A DNA stretch of 64,000 nucleotides. Origin: Eledone cirrhosa (Eukaryota). Below the pieces are notes generated by a model that was not told where the DNA came from, ran no database searches, and saw nothing but the letters and a program-made list of their open reading frames with translations. Shown here one piece after another: positions 28,960 to 41,001 of this stretch (the stretch's first letter is position 1; each line of letters opens with the position of its first letter). The stretch covers positions 42,656,001-42,720,000 of the forward strand of contig OZ024740.1 of assembly GCA_964016885.1 (NCBI GenBank), written 5' to 3'. The translations under genes were made by a program, and so were the position numbers.

Positions 28960-29132
28960 CTTCCTTATTGTGGCAGTTGCACAAGGTTTGGCTTTATATT
29001 TCAGAGAGCTGTGGAATACTATTTGCCAAGGGCCCGACACTGAACAAACTCTCTCAACACTGCCCAAATTGCATGCACAAAAACTTTGCAAAATACAAAT
29101 ATTACAAACCAGTCTTGCCACCAGAACGATAG
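28960..29132 (+). pseudogene. C-terminal fragment of the PLE GIY-YIG ORF (family of 22199-22600)
   Basis: ISESCGILFAKGPTLNKLSQHCPNCMHKNFAKYKYYKP. Confidence 0.8.
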
Positions 29133-29290
29133 TTTTCATAAAAACGTCACTCACAAAATATCCCCTCCCTCTCCATCCCACCCCTACCCTCAATCCATAC
29201 CCCCTTTCGATCCGCCTCACGGTTCAGAAGTTATGTAAGTACTTTTTACCTACTTGCCTTTTCTACATGTATAACGTATTTGTATGCGTG

Positions 29291-29322
<32 letters not shown>

Positions 29323-29324
29323 TA

Positions 29325-29766
29325 TAACAAAGGAGGTGTGGTAAGGAACCAGATGGACCATAACGCACCAGAGTACTCAATACTTAGGGTAGTAGAGTGG
29401 GTAATAGGAAAATGTTTGACCCCGACAGCAGAGCTCAAGCCCTTTCGACGGCTATTTCTGGACTAGTGTTTTCGTATGGTGAGGGTAATGAAACTAGAGT
29501 TGGGTGGAAAAGTCAGGATATGGCGTGGTAGGGTCGGAAAGTGCTCTTCTACGGATGTAGGAGCTAGATAACGAAGGGGGTGTGGTAAGGAACCAGATGG
29601 ACCCTAACGCACCAGAGTACTCAATACTTAGGGTAGTAGAGTGGGTAATAGCAAAAAGTTTAACCCCGACGGCAGAGCTAAAGCCGTTTCGACGGCTATT
29701 TCTGTAGTAGTCCAGAAATAGCCGTCGAAATGGGTTGAGCTCTGCCGTCGGGGTTAAACTTTTTCC

Positions 29767-29768
<2 letters not shown>
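29325..29768. repeat. Partial tandem plus fold-back copies of a PLE-like terminal repeat
   Basis: Direct repeats ~29328-29468 and 29573-29705; palindrome 29649-29768; relatives at 19010-19065, 50498-50548, 62028-62206. Confidence 0.8.
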
Positions 29769-29833
<65 letters not shown>

Positions 29834-29891
29834 AATATATATATGTATGTATAATATATATATGTATGTATAATATATATATGTATGTATA

Positions 29892-29986
<95 letters not shown>

Positions 29987-30092
29987 AGAAGAAGTTGGAA
30001 ATAGCACGGTAGATATATCTAAGGATCTGGTTTCTTTTCTTGATTCGTCAACGTGTGACATTATTGAAAAGATAGTGTTATTAAAATGATAA

Positions 30093-30430
30093 TTGTTTCT
30101 AGTTTTGTATTACTGGTACTTTATTTTATCGACCCCGTAAGGATGAAAGGCAAAGTTAACCTCGGCGGGATTTGAACTCAGATCGTAAAGGGACGTAACT
30201 ACGCTGGAAAGCATGTCTGATCCTCTACTAATACTGCCAATTCACCGCCCATGTCCAGCAATTTGAAGGGAAAGGGAATGTCGCTTAAATCGACCCCACT
30301 GCGTTACTGGTACTTTATTTTATCGACCCTGTGAGGAAGAAAGGCAAAACTAACCTCAGAACGTAACTGGTCGTAACAATATGTTACAAATTATGCTATC
30401 GAACGCTCTACCGATACTGCCAACCCCCTC
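30093..30430 (-). mobile_element. Two tandem major SINE copies
   Basis: Same consensus motifs as 1168-1510. Confidence 0.85.
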
Positions 30431-32210
30431 GCTTGGCCATTACTAAATAATAGAAGGGACCGTTCGTTCATAGAAAATCGAAAGTGAATTTCTAATTCTA
30501 AATTACAAAATAGAATGAATACCAATCCAAGAATCTTAAATCAACTAACACTCTAGAAACATCTACTAAGAATCTTTACTTAATTCTCAAGCCAAACATT
30601 AAATACATATCTTCTCAGTGTAATTTTAGATTCCGTCTCTGTTGACTCAATGAAATATGCACTTCTAATATACTACAATTTCTTCAATGAAATATATTGA
30701 TAGCTATTCCACTTGTATTGCCGGTGGATTAACTAATCTGACCTTATTCCGTCCCGATTGAAAATTTGAAGTCACTTTCACTAAATGACTCATGATTCAA
30801 CTAAAAAATTTATAAAACATTTCGTGAATACCACGGAGTGAAACCATTTGATAGTCTTTCACGGAGGAAAAGTGAGAATATAAAAGGGAAGAATGAAACG
30901 ATTTCATTTGACAATTTTCTAACAACCACTTTTCAAATAGCCTTCAACATTGGTGCTGCTGAAAGTTAAGTTGCATTCTTCTTCTTTAAGATACAAATAT
31001 GTTACTTTCAGTCATTAACCATGTGATTCTGGTAATTTGACAGAATCGGTAGAACATCGCATAAAATGACTTGCGGTATTCCTTACAGCTATCTATACAT
31101 TCAGTTCAACCTCTGCCTAGGACAACTTCGGCTTTCATTCCCCCCTTGCTTTTTCTCTTCCTTGCTTTCCAAATTGATTGTATTTGTACACCACTAATTT
31201 TGCCAGAGAATTGCGTTAAGGTTATTCGTATCTCTGAAATATTCAGTCGTTTACACATTACTTTCAGTTCAATGAAAAACTGAATTTCCAATTTCAAAGT
31301 GGACGGTGGATCTACCAGTATATAGTGTTCATGTGTCCTTGGTAACTGTCGTCTGCTGTAAAGTATAATGTAAGGTAAACGTGCACAGAAATATCACTAA
31401 AGTTACGAACGATCACAATTAACCCAACTGATATGTATGACATTTTTAACCCAACACAAGTATGACATTTTTAAAAATTTGTTTTTTTATACAAATTTCT
31501 ACAAATTTCAAGCTTTCCGACCCAATACTTCATTTACTTCTCATTGAACACAAATCTTGCAATATCCTCTACCTTCTATCCTTTGAGGGTTGTTTTCATT
31601 AACACTAATGACCTTTCTTCTCATTAAGGATATAATTTCTACCGATTAAAAATTATTTTCGACTCATCACATTAACTATGATAGTATGCTATTAACAATA
31701 TATTCTGTATACAGAAGGCGACCGTGGAGAATTTTCTAATACTATTAATTGGTAACAGGCATCCTACGCATATTTGAAATTCAATTATCTTATCATTCAT
31801 CTTTTCTCTTTCTCTTTCCCCATCTAGCTCTATCTCTCTCTCTTTGTCAGTAGGAAAGACGTTAATTTACTGCAGTTGGCTATTTTCCTTCTCAATTCCC
31901 CTCTGTTCATTAATCATTTTTCATTAAACAATGTCCTCAATATTATATCCTCAAGATCAACGTCTTTAGTGACATCTCTGAGTTCATGTATTCTACTTAT
32001 GTCACTTTCTTCCGCATCATCTTATAAATACATGTTATACTCATTACTTAAAGATTTGTCCGTAATATGAATCTTATTAACATTTAAAATTCTAACATTA
32101 ACGATGTTTTCTCAGGCTTTGTTTAGAATACATCGATCAATGCCTAATAATGTTTCGATTATTCTGACGTCAGTTTTAAATTATATATCTATCTACCTAT
32201 CTATCTATCT

Positions 32211-33040
32211 CGGTGAAACTCTAGGCGTAGAGGAAGATGAACTGGCCAGTCTGTTCGGTAGGACCTTCCGCCCGGGACCGATGGACAACTTCCAAAAGTC
32301 CCTGGCCTGGCAGTGCTACCGAGGAGCTCTACCAGTTCGAGACAAGCTCTACAGACATGGGCGCCAGGGCAGGGACCTGCAAAAAAGATCTGTCCAAGGT
32401 GCGTGCGAGACGAAGAAACCGTCGCGCACGCATTCATACACTACCCGGGCATTACAGACCTGTGGGGCTATGTAGAACGACTATTCTCGCGGGTGGGACC
32501 AATCCGGTTGACCGGCGAGACCATTGTCATGATCAAACCGCCACCCTCCTTCAAAAACGAAGGAGAGGCGGTTTTCCTTGGTGTGATAGCTATGGCGAAA
32601 GAGGTTGTATGGTGGACAAGGTTAAAAGGGCTGAGGTCAGACACCTTTCTCTCCGGCCTACAACTGATTCTTTTTTCAAATACCACTTTTGAAGATGAAT
32701 CAGGATGGAGAGAGAGGTGCTGTACCCCAGCAAGTTTTATGAAAGGTGGGTGAAAGTGGCGAGAATGACCCGAGTGAATGGGCCTTCTCTCTATCCAGCC
32801 TGTAGGTTGAGGAAAAAGAGGAAGAGAGTTAAGGGGTACAAACTCTTCGTACTCCTGGAGTTGAGGGTTGCACACTTTTTCAGGGTATGTGTTATCCATA
32901 TGAAATGTCACCCCTATTGGGGAAAATCGATTAACTTTTAAATTGCATTTGTGATAATATTCTACACGTTTGTATTGTATGTAAACTCTCCCCTTTGTAT
33001 TTTTCCCCTTCTTTTGTGCCCCTGTGGCTAATAAAGAAAC
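32211..33040 (+). mobile_element. Tx1/L1-clade non-LTR retrotransposon copy A (5'-truncated: ORF2 C-terminus and 3' UTR)
   Basis: Starts right after CTATCTACCTATCTATCTATCT; PMDNFQKSLAWQCYRGALPVR and CPRC...H zinc knuckle; ends AATAAAGAAAC then (ATCT)n. Confidence 0.92.
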
Positions 33041-33041
33041 A

Positions 33042-33042
<1 letters not shown>

Positions 33043-33106
<64 letters not shown>
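33043..33106. repeat. (ATCT)n microsatellite separating the retrotransposon copies (others at ~32187-32210, 34922-34950, 40760-40794, 46700-46712)
   Basis: Direct sequence. Confidence 0.97.
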
Positions 33107-33107
<1 letters not shown>

Positions 33108-34920
33108 AGGTGAACGGCTACCTCTCGGAGCCGTTCAAAATCGCGCGGTCCATCCGAAAAGGGTGCCCTCTCTCCTCCCTTCTGTATGTGTTGACTCTCG
33201 AGCCACTACTGCGGAAGTTGGAGTTGTTGCAGGGCATACCCTTGGAACCGGGATTGCGGAAAGCGGTGTCGGCCTACGCCGATGACGTGACAGTAATGGT
33301 GTCGACGGCCTCCGAAATCGAGGCGGTCGGCACCTTACTGGAGGAGTACGAAAGGTTCACAGGGGCTAAGCTGAACCGGGACAAGTCGATCGGTTTGCAA
33401 CTCGGCACGTGGAGGGGCAGACCGATGCCCTCCGATAGCGTCGTCGGACGCTGGACGGAGGGCCCGGTGAAGTTGCTCGGGGTCTGGTTCGGACCGGACC
33501 TCCAGGTGGAGAAAAACTGGGCGGAGGTTACGAACAGGGTGTTTGCACTGACCCAGAAGTGGGCCAGTTGCAAACTATCCCTGAAAGGTCGGGCGGAAGT
33601 GGCGAACACCTACATAGCGTCCGTCATCTACTACCGCCTGACCGTAGTGCCCTGCCCAAGGGAAACCCTCACCAAGATGGAGCGCGCGCTCTTCCAATTC
33701 CTTTGGAAGAGGCGGGCTCCTATGGTGAGGAGATCCATCTGCTGTCAACACCCTTCGAAAGGAGGGCTGGGGATGCCGTGGCTAATGATGCGTAAACACG
33801 CATTAAGGCTACGGCACCTCTACGTATTCCTCACCGGACAACCGGTGTGGGCCTCGTTTGTGAGACGAACCTTTCCCAGACTCGTCTCACTCACCGAGCT
33901 GCAATCCTGGGTCAAGCAAAGACCGAGAAAACTGGGCGCCTGGCACACTGAGTGTGCCCAGGCGCTCACCGCCCTCTGGCAGGCGGATCCGGTTATCAGT
34001 GGAGACTCCACCGCAACATTCTATAGAGGGCTGGTACGCAGCAGGTGCGACGACGCCCTCGGAGAAGCCCTAGACATGGAGGAGGGCGAACTGGCCAGCC
34101 TGTTCGGTAGGACATTCAGCCCAGGACCTATGGACAATTTCCAGAAGTCCCTGGCCTGGCAGTGCTACCGAGGGGCTTTACCCGTTCGAGAAAGGCTCTA
34201 CAGACACGGGCGCCCGGGTAGGGACCCCGCCAAAAAGATCTGTCCCAGATGCGTGTGCGACGAGGAAACCGTTGCACACGCATTGGTACACTGCTCGGGC
34301 GTAGCCGATCTGTGGGGCTATGTCGAACAACTGCTGTCAAGGGTGGGACCGATCCGGTTGACCACCGAGTCTATTGTAATGATCAAGCCGCCTCCCCCCT
34401 TCAAAGATGAAGCAGAGGCGGTGTTTCTGTGCGTAATAGCCATGGCGAAAGAGGTTGTATGGTGGACGCGTCTGAAAGGACTGAGGTCAGGCACCTTTCT
34501 CTCTGGCCAACAACTGGTCCGTTTCTTCCGATATCATTTCGGAAGAAGGATCAGGATGGAGAGAGAGGTGCTGCACCCCAGCCGTTTCTATGAAAGATGG
34601 GTGAAAGTGGCGAGAATGGCCCGTGTGAATGGGCCTTCACTCTACATCAGACTATAGGTGAGGAAGATGAAAGACCAAGGGAGCACCCCTTCTCTGTGCT
34701 CCTGAGGAGAAGGGTTGCACACTTTTTTCGGGGGTGTGTGCGACCCCCCAAGGCGCCTCCTCTCTATTGAGGATTTTGTTAAAAATTTTATTTTTTGTTA
34801 TATCTTATTTTATTTTTATATTTTGTTATTGCCTCCTCCTTATTGAGGACGCCTTTTTGTGTAAACTCCCCCCTTTGTACTTGTCCCACTTTTGATGCCC
34901 TAGTGGCAAATAAAAGAAAC
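33107..34920 (+). mobile_element. Tx1/L1-clade retrotransposon copy B (5'-truncated within RT)
   Basis: Bounded by (ATCT)n on both sides; conserved 3' end GCCCTAGTGGCAAATAAAAGAAAC. Confidence 0.93.
33110..34657 (+). pseudogene. ORF2 C-terminal 515 aa (RT palm/thumb and zinc knuckle), open but 5'-truncated
   Basis: RKGCPLS, AYADDVT, LGVWFG, GGLGMP, CPRCVCDEETVAHALVHC. Confidence 0.93.
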
Positions 34921-34921
34921 T

Positions 34922-34954
<33 letters not shown>

Positions 34955-35248
34955 GTCTGACGTGTGGAACATCGCCGGTAAGCTTTTTTGTTAATTTCTA
35001 TGCAAAAACCGATCTAATTGTTTGAAAAACACGACACTTTGTAGATTAACCCCCAAGCTGAATAGTCAGCTGGGTGATAATCCCATTTTTCGCCCCTGTA
35101 GGGGTGAAAATGTTATTTTAAAAATTTGTTTTAAAATATCAGATTTTACAAAGTTAAAAACTTGAGCAACACTAGAACGCTGGAGAACGTTAATAGAGAA
35201 AAGAGAGAGAAAGAGGCAGATATTAACGTTATATCTGCTTCTGCTACT

Positions 35249-37050
35249 ATGGACGTCGCCATAGATACAACTGTCACAAAAGAAGAAAATATATTAACAT
35301 TTGAAAATTTTACAACTTCTACCGCCGAAGCGGAAAAATATAACAATAACACGCAGGAAAACACAGCAAAAAAAAAACCATTGACATACATACACATGAA
35401 AAAGACATCAACAACTCTACAGATACATCTACACATAAAGTTTCACCTCAACAAGGAACTGAGATTTCCAACAAAGATAACAACATCATCAACAGCAACA
35501 CCACACAAAAAAAGAAAATGTCTTTCGCTGACACAGTGAACAAGAAACAAGATTTTATAAATCTTGATATCTCCAACGCAAGAGATATGCTCCAGCAAGG
35601 GAGAAAATTTGTAACTTTCGAAGAAAGAGGTGGGTTTAGAATTAACTCACCCCTTGAAATAAAGGAAGACACAAACCGCCGATCAGTCACTTTTAGGACT
35701 GTGTCAAATTCGTCAAAAAAGCCAACATTTGTTAATCAAGCAGATATAGAAGATTATTTCAAGGAAATTCTAGCAAATGTCGATTTTCTCCAGCGAGGAA
35801 AACAGTACGGAAGTGTTTCCGTACTGTTTAAAAGCGAGGCACTCGCCCAAAAAACTGTGTGACACAAATAGTGTCAAAAGCATACACCTTTTTCCCTACA
35901 TACATGGGGAAAAGTACACAAAAAATAAAAATAAAAAACATACCTCCAAGCATTAACATCTGGTGGATCTTGGTTGGCTTCGTAGAGCCAGAAACAGACA
36001 TAATACTTTCGATACGAAAATCTATTCGACAAAGGTGGGCGGGCACAGATTTGGAGATTCTGTTGCAAATGAAACGTGAGAGAATCTCCAAAACACCCGA
36101 AAGAGTCGTTATTGATAATAACAACAAAATAAACATTCCGGTAGAAGGACGAAAATTTCATTGCTTTCGCTGTGGTAGCACAGCTCACCTAAAAGCCTCT
36201 TGTCCACAAACACACAACAATAACATCATAAAAAAAACGCTATTACCAACACCAACACCAAAACAACCACCACCACCACAAGTACAACGACAGACAAAAC
36301 GAGCAACCACACCAAAACAAACAGACACTCAACCAACAACAACAGAAAAAACAGAGACAACACCCCTGAAGAACACATCCCCACTCCATCCCACTCCATC
36401 AAACACTACCACAAACACACATACCGAAACACCACCACCATCACACACCATACCCTTACCCCACACACCTGACGATGATTATTCATCGACGGATGAAGCT
36501 GCTTCTCCTTCTTTAAGTGAAGAAGAGGGAGAACCGCGGAAATCTAAAAATAAAAAAAAGACACCACAAAACCCCCAAAACTCCAATCACCAACACCAAC
36601 ACACAACCACAGACACAAACAACACCACAGTCAAACATCCCCCTATCAGCAAAACCAGCACCAACACCACCCCAAACACAAGCACCCACCATAAAAAGAA
36701 AACTCCCGGACGAACAACAAACTAAAACAACACAACAAAAACACAAACAACAATACGCATACATCAACACAAACAACAAGAGTTTGATGGAGGTCATCTC
36801 CTAAAACCCCAAGGTGGAGACGGAGGGCAAAACTTTCATCAAGGCAGAATCGTCTCCACACCTTAAACTTAAAAGGGTTTCTATGGAAACCTATAAAGAC
36901 CTAAAAATTAAATTTTCACAGGACGTGGGCATCCCCTGCCACAAACCCATCAACCGCGTCCTGTTGAAATGTTTCCCCACCCCACCCAAAACCCCATCCA
37001 GCACCCAAATGGAGATTGAACAACCCGATCTCCAGGAAACGAAAAGGTAA
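35249..37050 (+). pseudogene. ORF1 of copy C (CCHC zinc knuckle, Pro/Thr-rich linker), frameshifted
   Basis: VEGRKFHCFRCGSTAHLKASCP; collinear with ORF1 of copy D. Confidence 0.85.
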
Positions 37051-37091
37051 GTGCACCTTTCGTCCTTTTTCTCCAACTTTTCTTGACCAAC

Positions 37092-40000
37092 ATGGCTGGT
37101 TTACGAGTTGGAACCGTGAATGTGCGTGGCCTAGGGATGCCCTGGAAACAGGGCCAACTTTTAAACGACCTTAGGTCACGCAGTATGGATGTGATAGCCA
37201 TCACCGAGTCCAGGATCCACAACAGGCAGCAACTAACCCCATCTTCGACGACTTTGAGATCTGCGCATCTCTCTGTCAGCCAGGAGGTGGAGGTGGAGTG
37301 GCTGTTATGTTTCGGAAGAACCTGGACGTCGGAGTACAGCAAGTACACTTGGACCCGGTGGGTAGACTGGTAGTCCTAGACGTGAACAGTATCGGAGGTG
37401 GAGCCTTCAGACTGGTGGCCGTTTATGCTCAGACCGGGCAATGACAATCACGGCCAGACTTCTTTAAGCGTCTAGAGTCTTTTCTGGGAACGTCTCGCTC
37501 CTTACTTTTAGTGGGGGACTGGAATGGTATCCTAGATGCACGATGGGACTATGTGGGAGCATGTTCCAGTAGAGCGGGGTGCAACAGCCTCAAAACTTTA
37601 ATCGGCCAATTCCAACTGGCCGATAGGTATCGACTGGATTTCCCGACTGCACCACAGTGGACGTGGGTAAACCGCAGTGGGACATCTAGATCGTATTTAG
37701 ATAGGTTCTTCATTAGAGAAAGGGACAAGGAGGTGTTAAGCTGTCCACGAATGCACATGGTTGCCTATTCAGATCACAAGTTAGTCGTCTGCTTAGTCAA
37801 CCGTGATAGAATACATAGACAGGGTCCCGGATACTGGAAGCTGAACGTGTCGATGTCGGCACGTAAAGCTTACAGTAAACGGATAAGTAGACTAGTCAAG
37901 CAACAGTTAACGGGATCCATCGTCAACAATAGATGGTGGTACTCTCTCAAGAAAGCAATTAGAATAGAATCGATAGGGTATAGCAGAGAGTTAGCCTTAG
38001 AGAAAAACAGAATAGAAAGAGAACTAGTAGCCAAGGTAGAGGAGGCACTTAGAAGTGGAAACGCGGCTAGAGTGTTAGCGTCGAGAACTGCACTGGACCA
38101 GTTCTTCGATGGGAAACACGAAGGCTGCGTGGTCAGAAGCAAAACACGTGCTCTAGGAAACGAAGGAGCGAAAGCTGTCAGCTGGGCCCGAGTGGCGGAG
38201 GCAAAAAGTGGCAACAAGTCCACGATTCGGTCTTTGAAAGACCAAAACGGACGCGTGCTACTTGACCCCAAGCAAATGTGCGCGGCCTTTCACCGGCACT
38301 TTGCGCGACTGTTTGAGCAGAACGACGGTGAGCCGAACGGGGCAATGGACTTTATTTCATACCTCGACGGCCTGCCGCGTCTCTCGAACACGGAGGCCAA
38401 ATTCTGCGAAAGACCGATCACGGACACTTAGATACGGGATGCTCTGGGCCGCTGCGGGAAACGCAAGTCACCCGGTCTAGATGGTCTACCCTAGGAATTT
38501 TACATAGGCATGCCGGACTTGTTCTTTGGCGTCCTCGAAGCCGTCTACTGCAATTGGCAGCAGAACGGGAGAATTCCCAGTTCTGCAGGCAAGGGCGTAG
38601 TAACGCTGATCAGGAAAGACGAGAACAAGGGGGACGAAATTAACAACTTCAGGCCCATAACTCTGCTCAACACAGAGTTAAAGATTTTGGCCAAGGTGCT
38701 AGCGACGAGGCTGGTGCTTGTCGTCGAGAATCTGGTAGGGAAAGCGCAAACGTGTGCAATCCCGACCAGGTCCATACACGACAACCTCCACCTCATGCTA
38801 TACATCATAGAGAGGGTGGGTAGTAAAGCCGGCTTCGGTGGGGCTCTGATCAACTTGGATTAGTCTAAGGCATTCGATAGGGTCGACCAACGATACTTGG
38901 AAGCGGTTCTCAAGGCGGCCGGTTTCGGTCCCGTGTTCAAAGGCTGGATCGAGGCGATGCACACCAGCATCTGCTCGAGGGTCAAGGTGAACGGCTACCT
39001 ATCGGAGCCGTTCGCAATCACGCGTTCCATTCGACAGGGATGCCCTCTCTCCTCCATTCTGTATGTATTGACTCTAGAGCCACTACTGCGGAAATTGGAG
39101 CTGTTGCAGGGCATCCCCCTAGAACCGGGGCTGCGCAAAGCGGCGTCGGCTTATTCCGACGACGTAACGGTAATGGTGTCGAGCACCTCGGAAATCGGGG
39201 TGATCGGCAACTTACTGAAAGAATACGAAACGCTGACGGGAGCAAAACTAAACCCAGACAAGTCTGACGGTTTGCAACTCGGTACGTGGAGAGGCAAACC
39301 GATGACATCCGACAGCGTCGTTGGACACTGGACGGACGGACCGGTGAAATTGCTCGGGATCTGGTTCGGTCCAGACCTCCAGGTGGAGAAAAACTGGAAC
39401 GAGGTCACGGCCAAGGTGTTTGCACTCACTCAGAGGTGGGCAGAGTGCAAACTGTCCTTGAAAGGTCGAGCGGAGGTGGCGAAGACTTTCATAGCGTCCG
39501 TCATCTACTACCGCTTGACTGTCGTGCCTTGTCCCCGTGAACACCTCGCCAAGATGGAACGCATGCTCTTCCAGTTTCTGTGGAAGAAGCAGGCTCCTCT
39601 GGTGAGGAGATCCGTCTCCTGTCAGCACCCTTCCAACGGAAGGCTGGGAATGCCGTGGCTGATGATGCGCAACCATGCGCTGAGGCTGCGGCATCTCCAG
39701 GTATTCCTCACCGACCCCCAACCGATGTGGGCACCGTTTGTGAGACAGGCTTTTCCACAGCTCGTCTCGCTAACAGAGCTGCAGTCCTGGGTGAAGAAAA
39801 GACCCAAAACGATGGGCGCCTGGCACATTGAATGCGCTCAGGCGCTCACAGTCCTCTGGCAAGTGGGCGCAGCAATCAGTGGAGACTCCACTTCAACATT
39901 CTATAGAGGGATTGTACGTTACAAGGGCGACGACGTGCTCGCAGAGACTCTGGGCGTCGAAGACGATGAGCTCACCAGTCTGTTTGGTAGGACTTTCCGC

Positions 40001-40524
40001 CCGGGACCTATGGACAACTTCCAGAGGTCCCTGGCCTGGCAGTGCTACCGAGGAGCTCTACCGGTTCGTGACAAGATCTACAGGCACGGACGCCCTGGCA
40101 GCGATCCTTCCAAGAGGACGTGTCCAAGATGTGCGCAGGACATTGAAACAGTTCTACACGCAATTGTACACTGCCCGGACGTAAGCGACCTGTGGAACTA
40201 TGCAGAACAACTGCTGTCGCGTATGGGACAAATGCAGTTGACTGCCGAGTCCATAGTAAGGATCAAACCGCCAGCCTCTTTCAAAAACGAAAGAGAGGTG
40301 GTTTTCCTCTGTACGGTGGCTATGGTGAAAGAAGTTATATGGTGGACGAGGTTGAGAGGACTGAGGACAGATGCCTTTCTCTCCGGACAACAATTGATTC
40401 CCTTCTTTAAGTATCACTTTAGAAGGAGAGAGAGGCACTGCACCCCAGTAAATTTACTGAAAGGTGGGTGAATGAAGCGAAAATGGCCCGAGTGATTGGG
40501 CCTTCTCTGTTTATAAGCCTGTAG
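37092..40524 (+). pseudogene. ORF2 of copy C (AP endonuclease + reverse transcriptase + zinc knuckle), several stops and frameshifts
   Basis: TVNVRGL, ITESR, GDWN, YLDRF, SDH; FRPITLLN, KAFDRVD, RQGCPLS, YSDD. Confidence 0.95.
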
Positions 40525-41001
40525 GTTGAGGAAGAAAGCAAAAGGAAGAAAGGAGCACTTGCACAACACGCTCCTGGAGTTGAGGGTTGTTCTATCGACG
40601 GGGTATTAAACAACCCATTTGTGGCGCCTCCCCCTTATTAGGGATTTCGATTGTTGAAATTGTTTGTTTTTATATTTTTTACACGACTGTATGTAAAATC
40701 CCCGGCATGTCTTTGTATTGTCCCCTTTTTTTGTTGCGCCCTTGTGGCTAATAAAGAAATCTATCTATCTATCCCTCTGTCTATCTATCTATCTCCGGTT
40801 GGCATAGACGTGCTTCACATCGGCACCGCGAATATTGGAGATATTACGTGTTAATAGTAAGTGTTTGTCTGTATTCTTGCGTTATTGTGTTAATTAACCC
40901 CCTTGCCTGGGTCTTCGGACATTAGGGTTAATTTATTTCACCCCATTTGGGGTGAAAGTTTTCATCCTAAAAATCTTGCAATTGTCTCTACGCTAGTGGT
41001 A

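Larger units (their letters stand above)
34951..40759 (+). mobile_element. Tx1/L1-clade retrotransposon copy C, full length (~5.8 kb), decayed
   Basis: 5' UTR, gag-like ORF1, APE-RT ORF2 and 3' UTR with AATAAA, flanked by (ATCT)n. Confidence 0.95.

Noticed and set aside
33043-33106. Repeat-spacer-like alternation of ATCT tracts and unique blocks (CRISPR-like idea)
   Set aside because: The spacers are kb-scale retrotransposons; eukaryotic context and no cas genes
37047-37110. Spliced ORF1-ORF2 fusion via the nearest acceptor
   Set aside because: Phase-2 donor and nearest AG acceptors give an out-of-frame product in both copies
39248-39721. Antisense and alternative-frame ORFs across the retrotransposon ORF2s
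   Set aside because: Expected shadow ORFs of GC-rich coding sequence; not consistently open between copies
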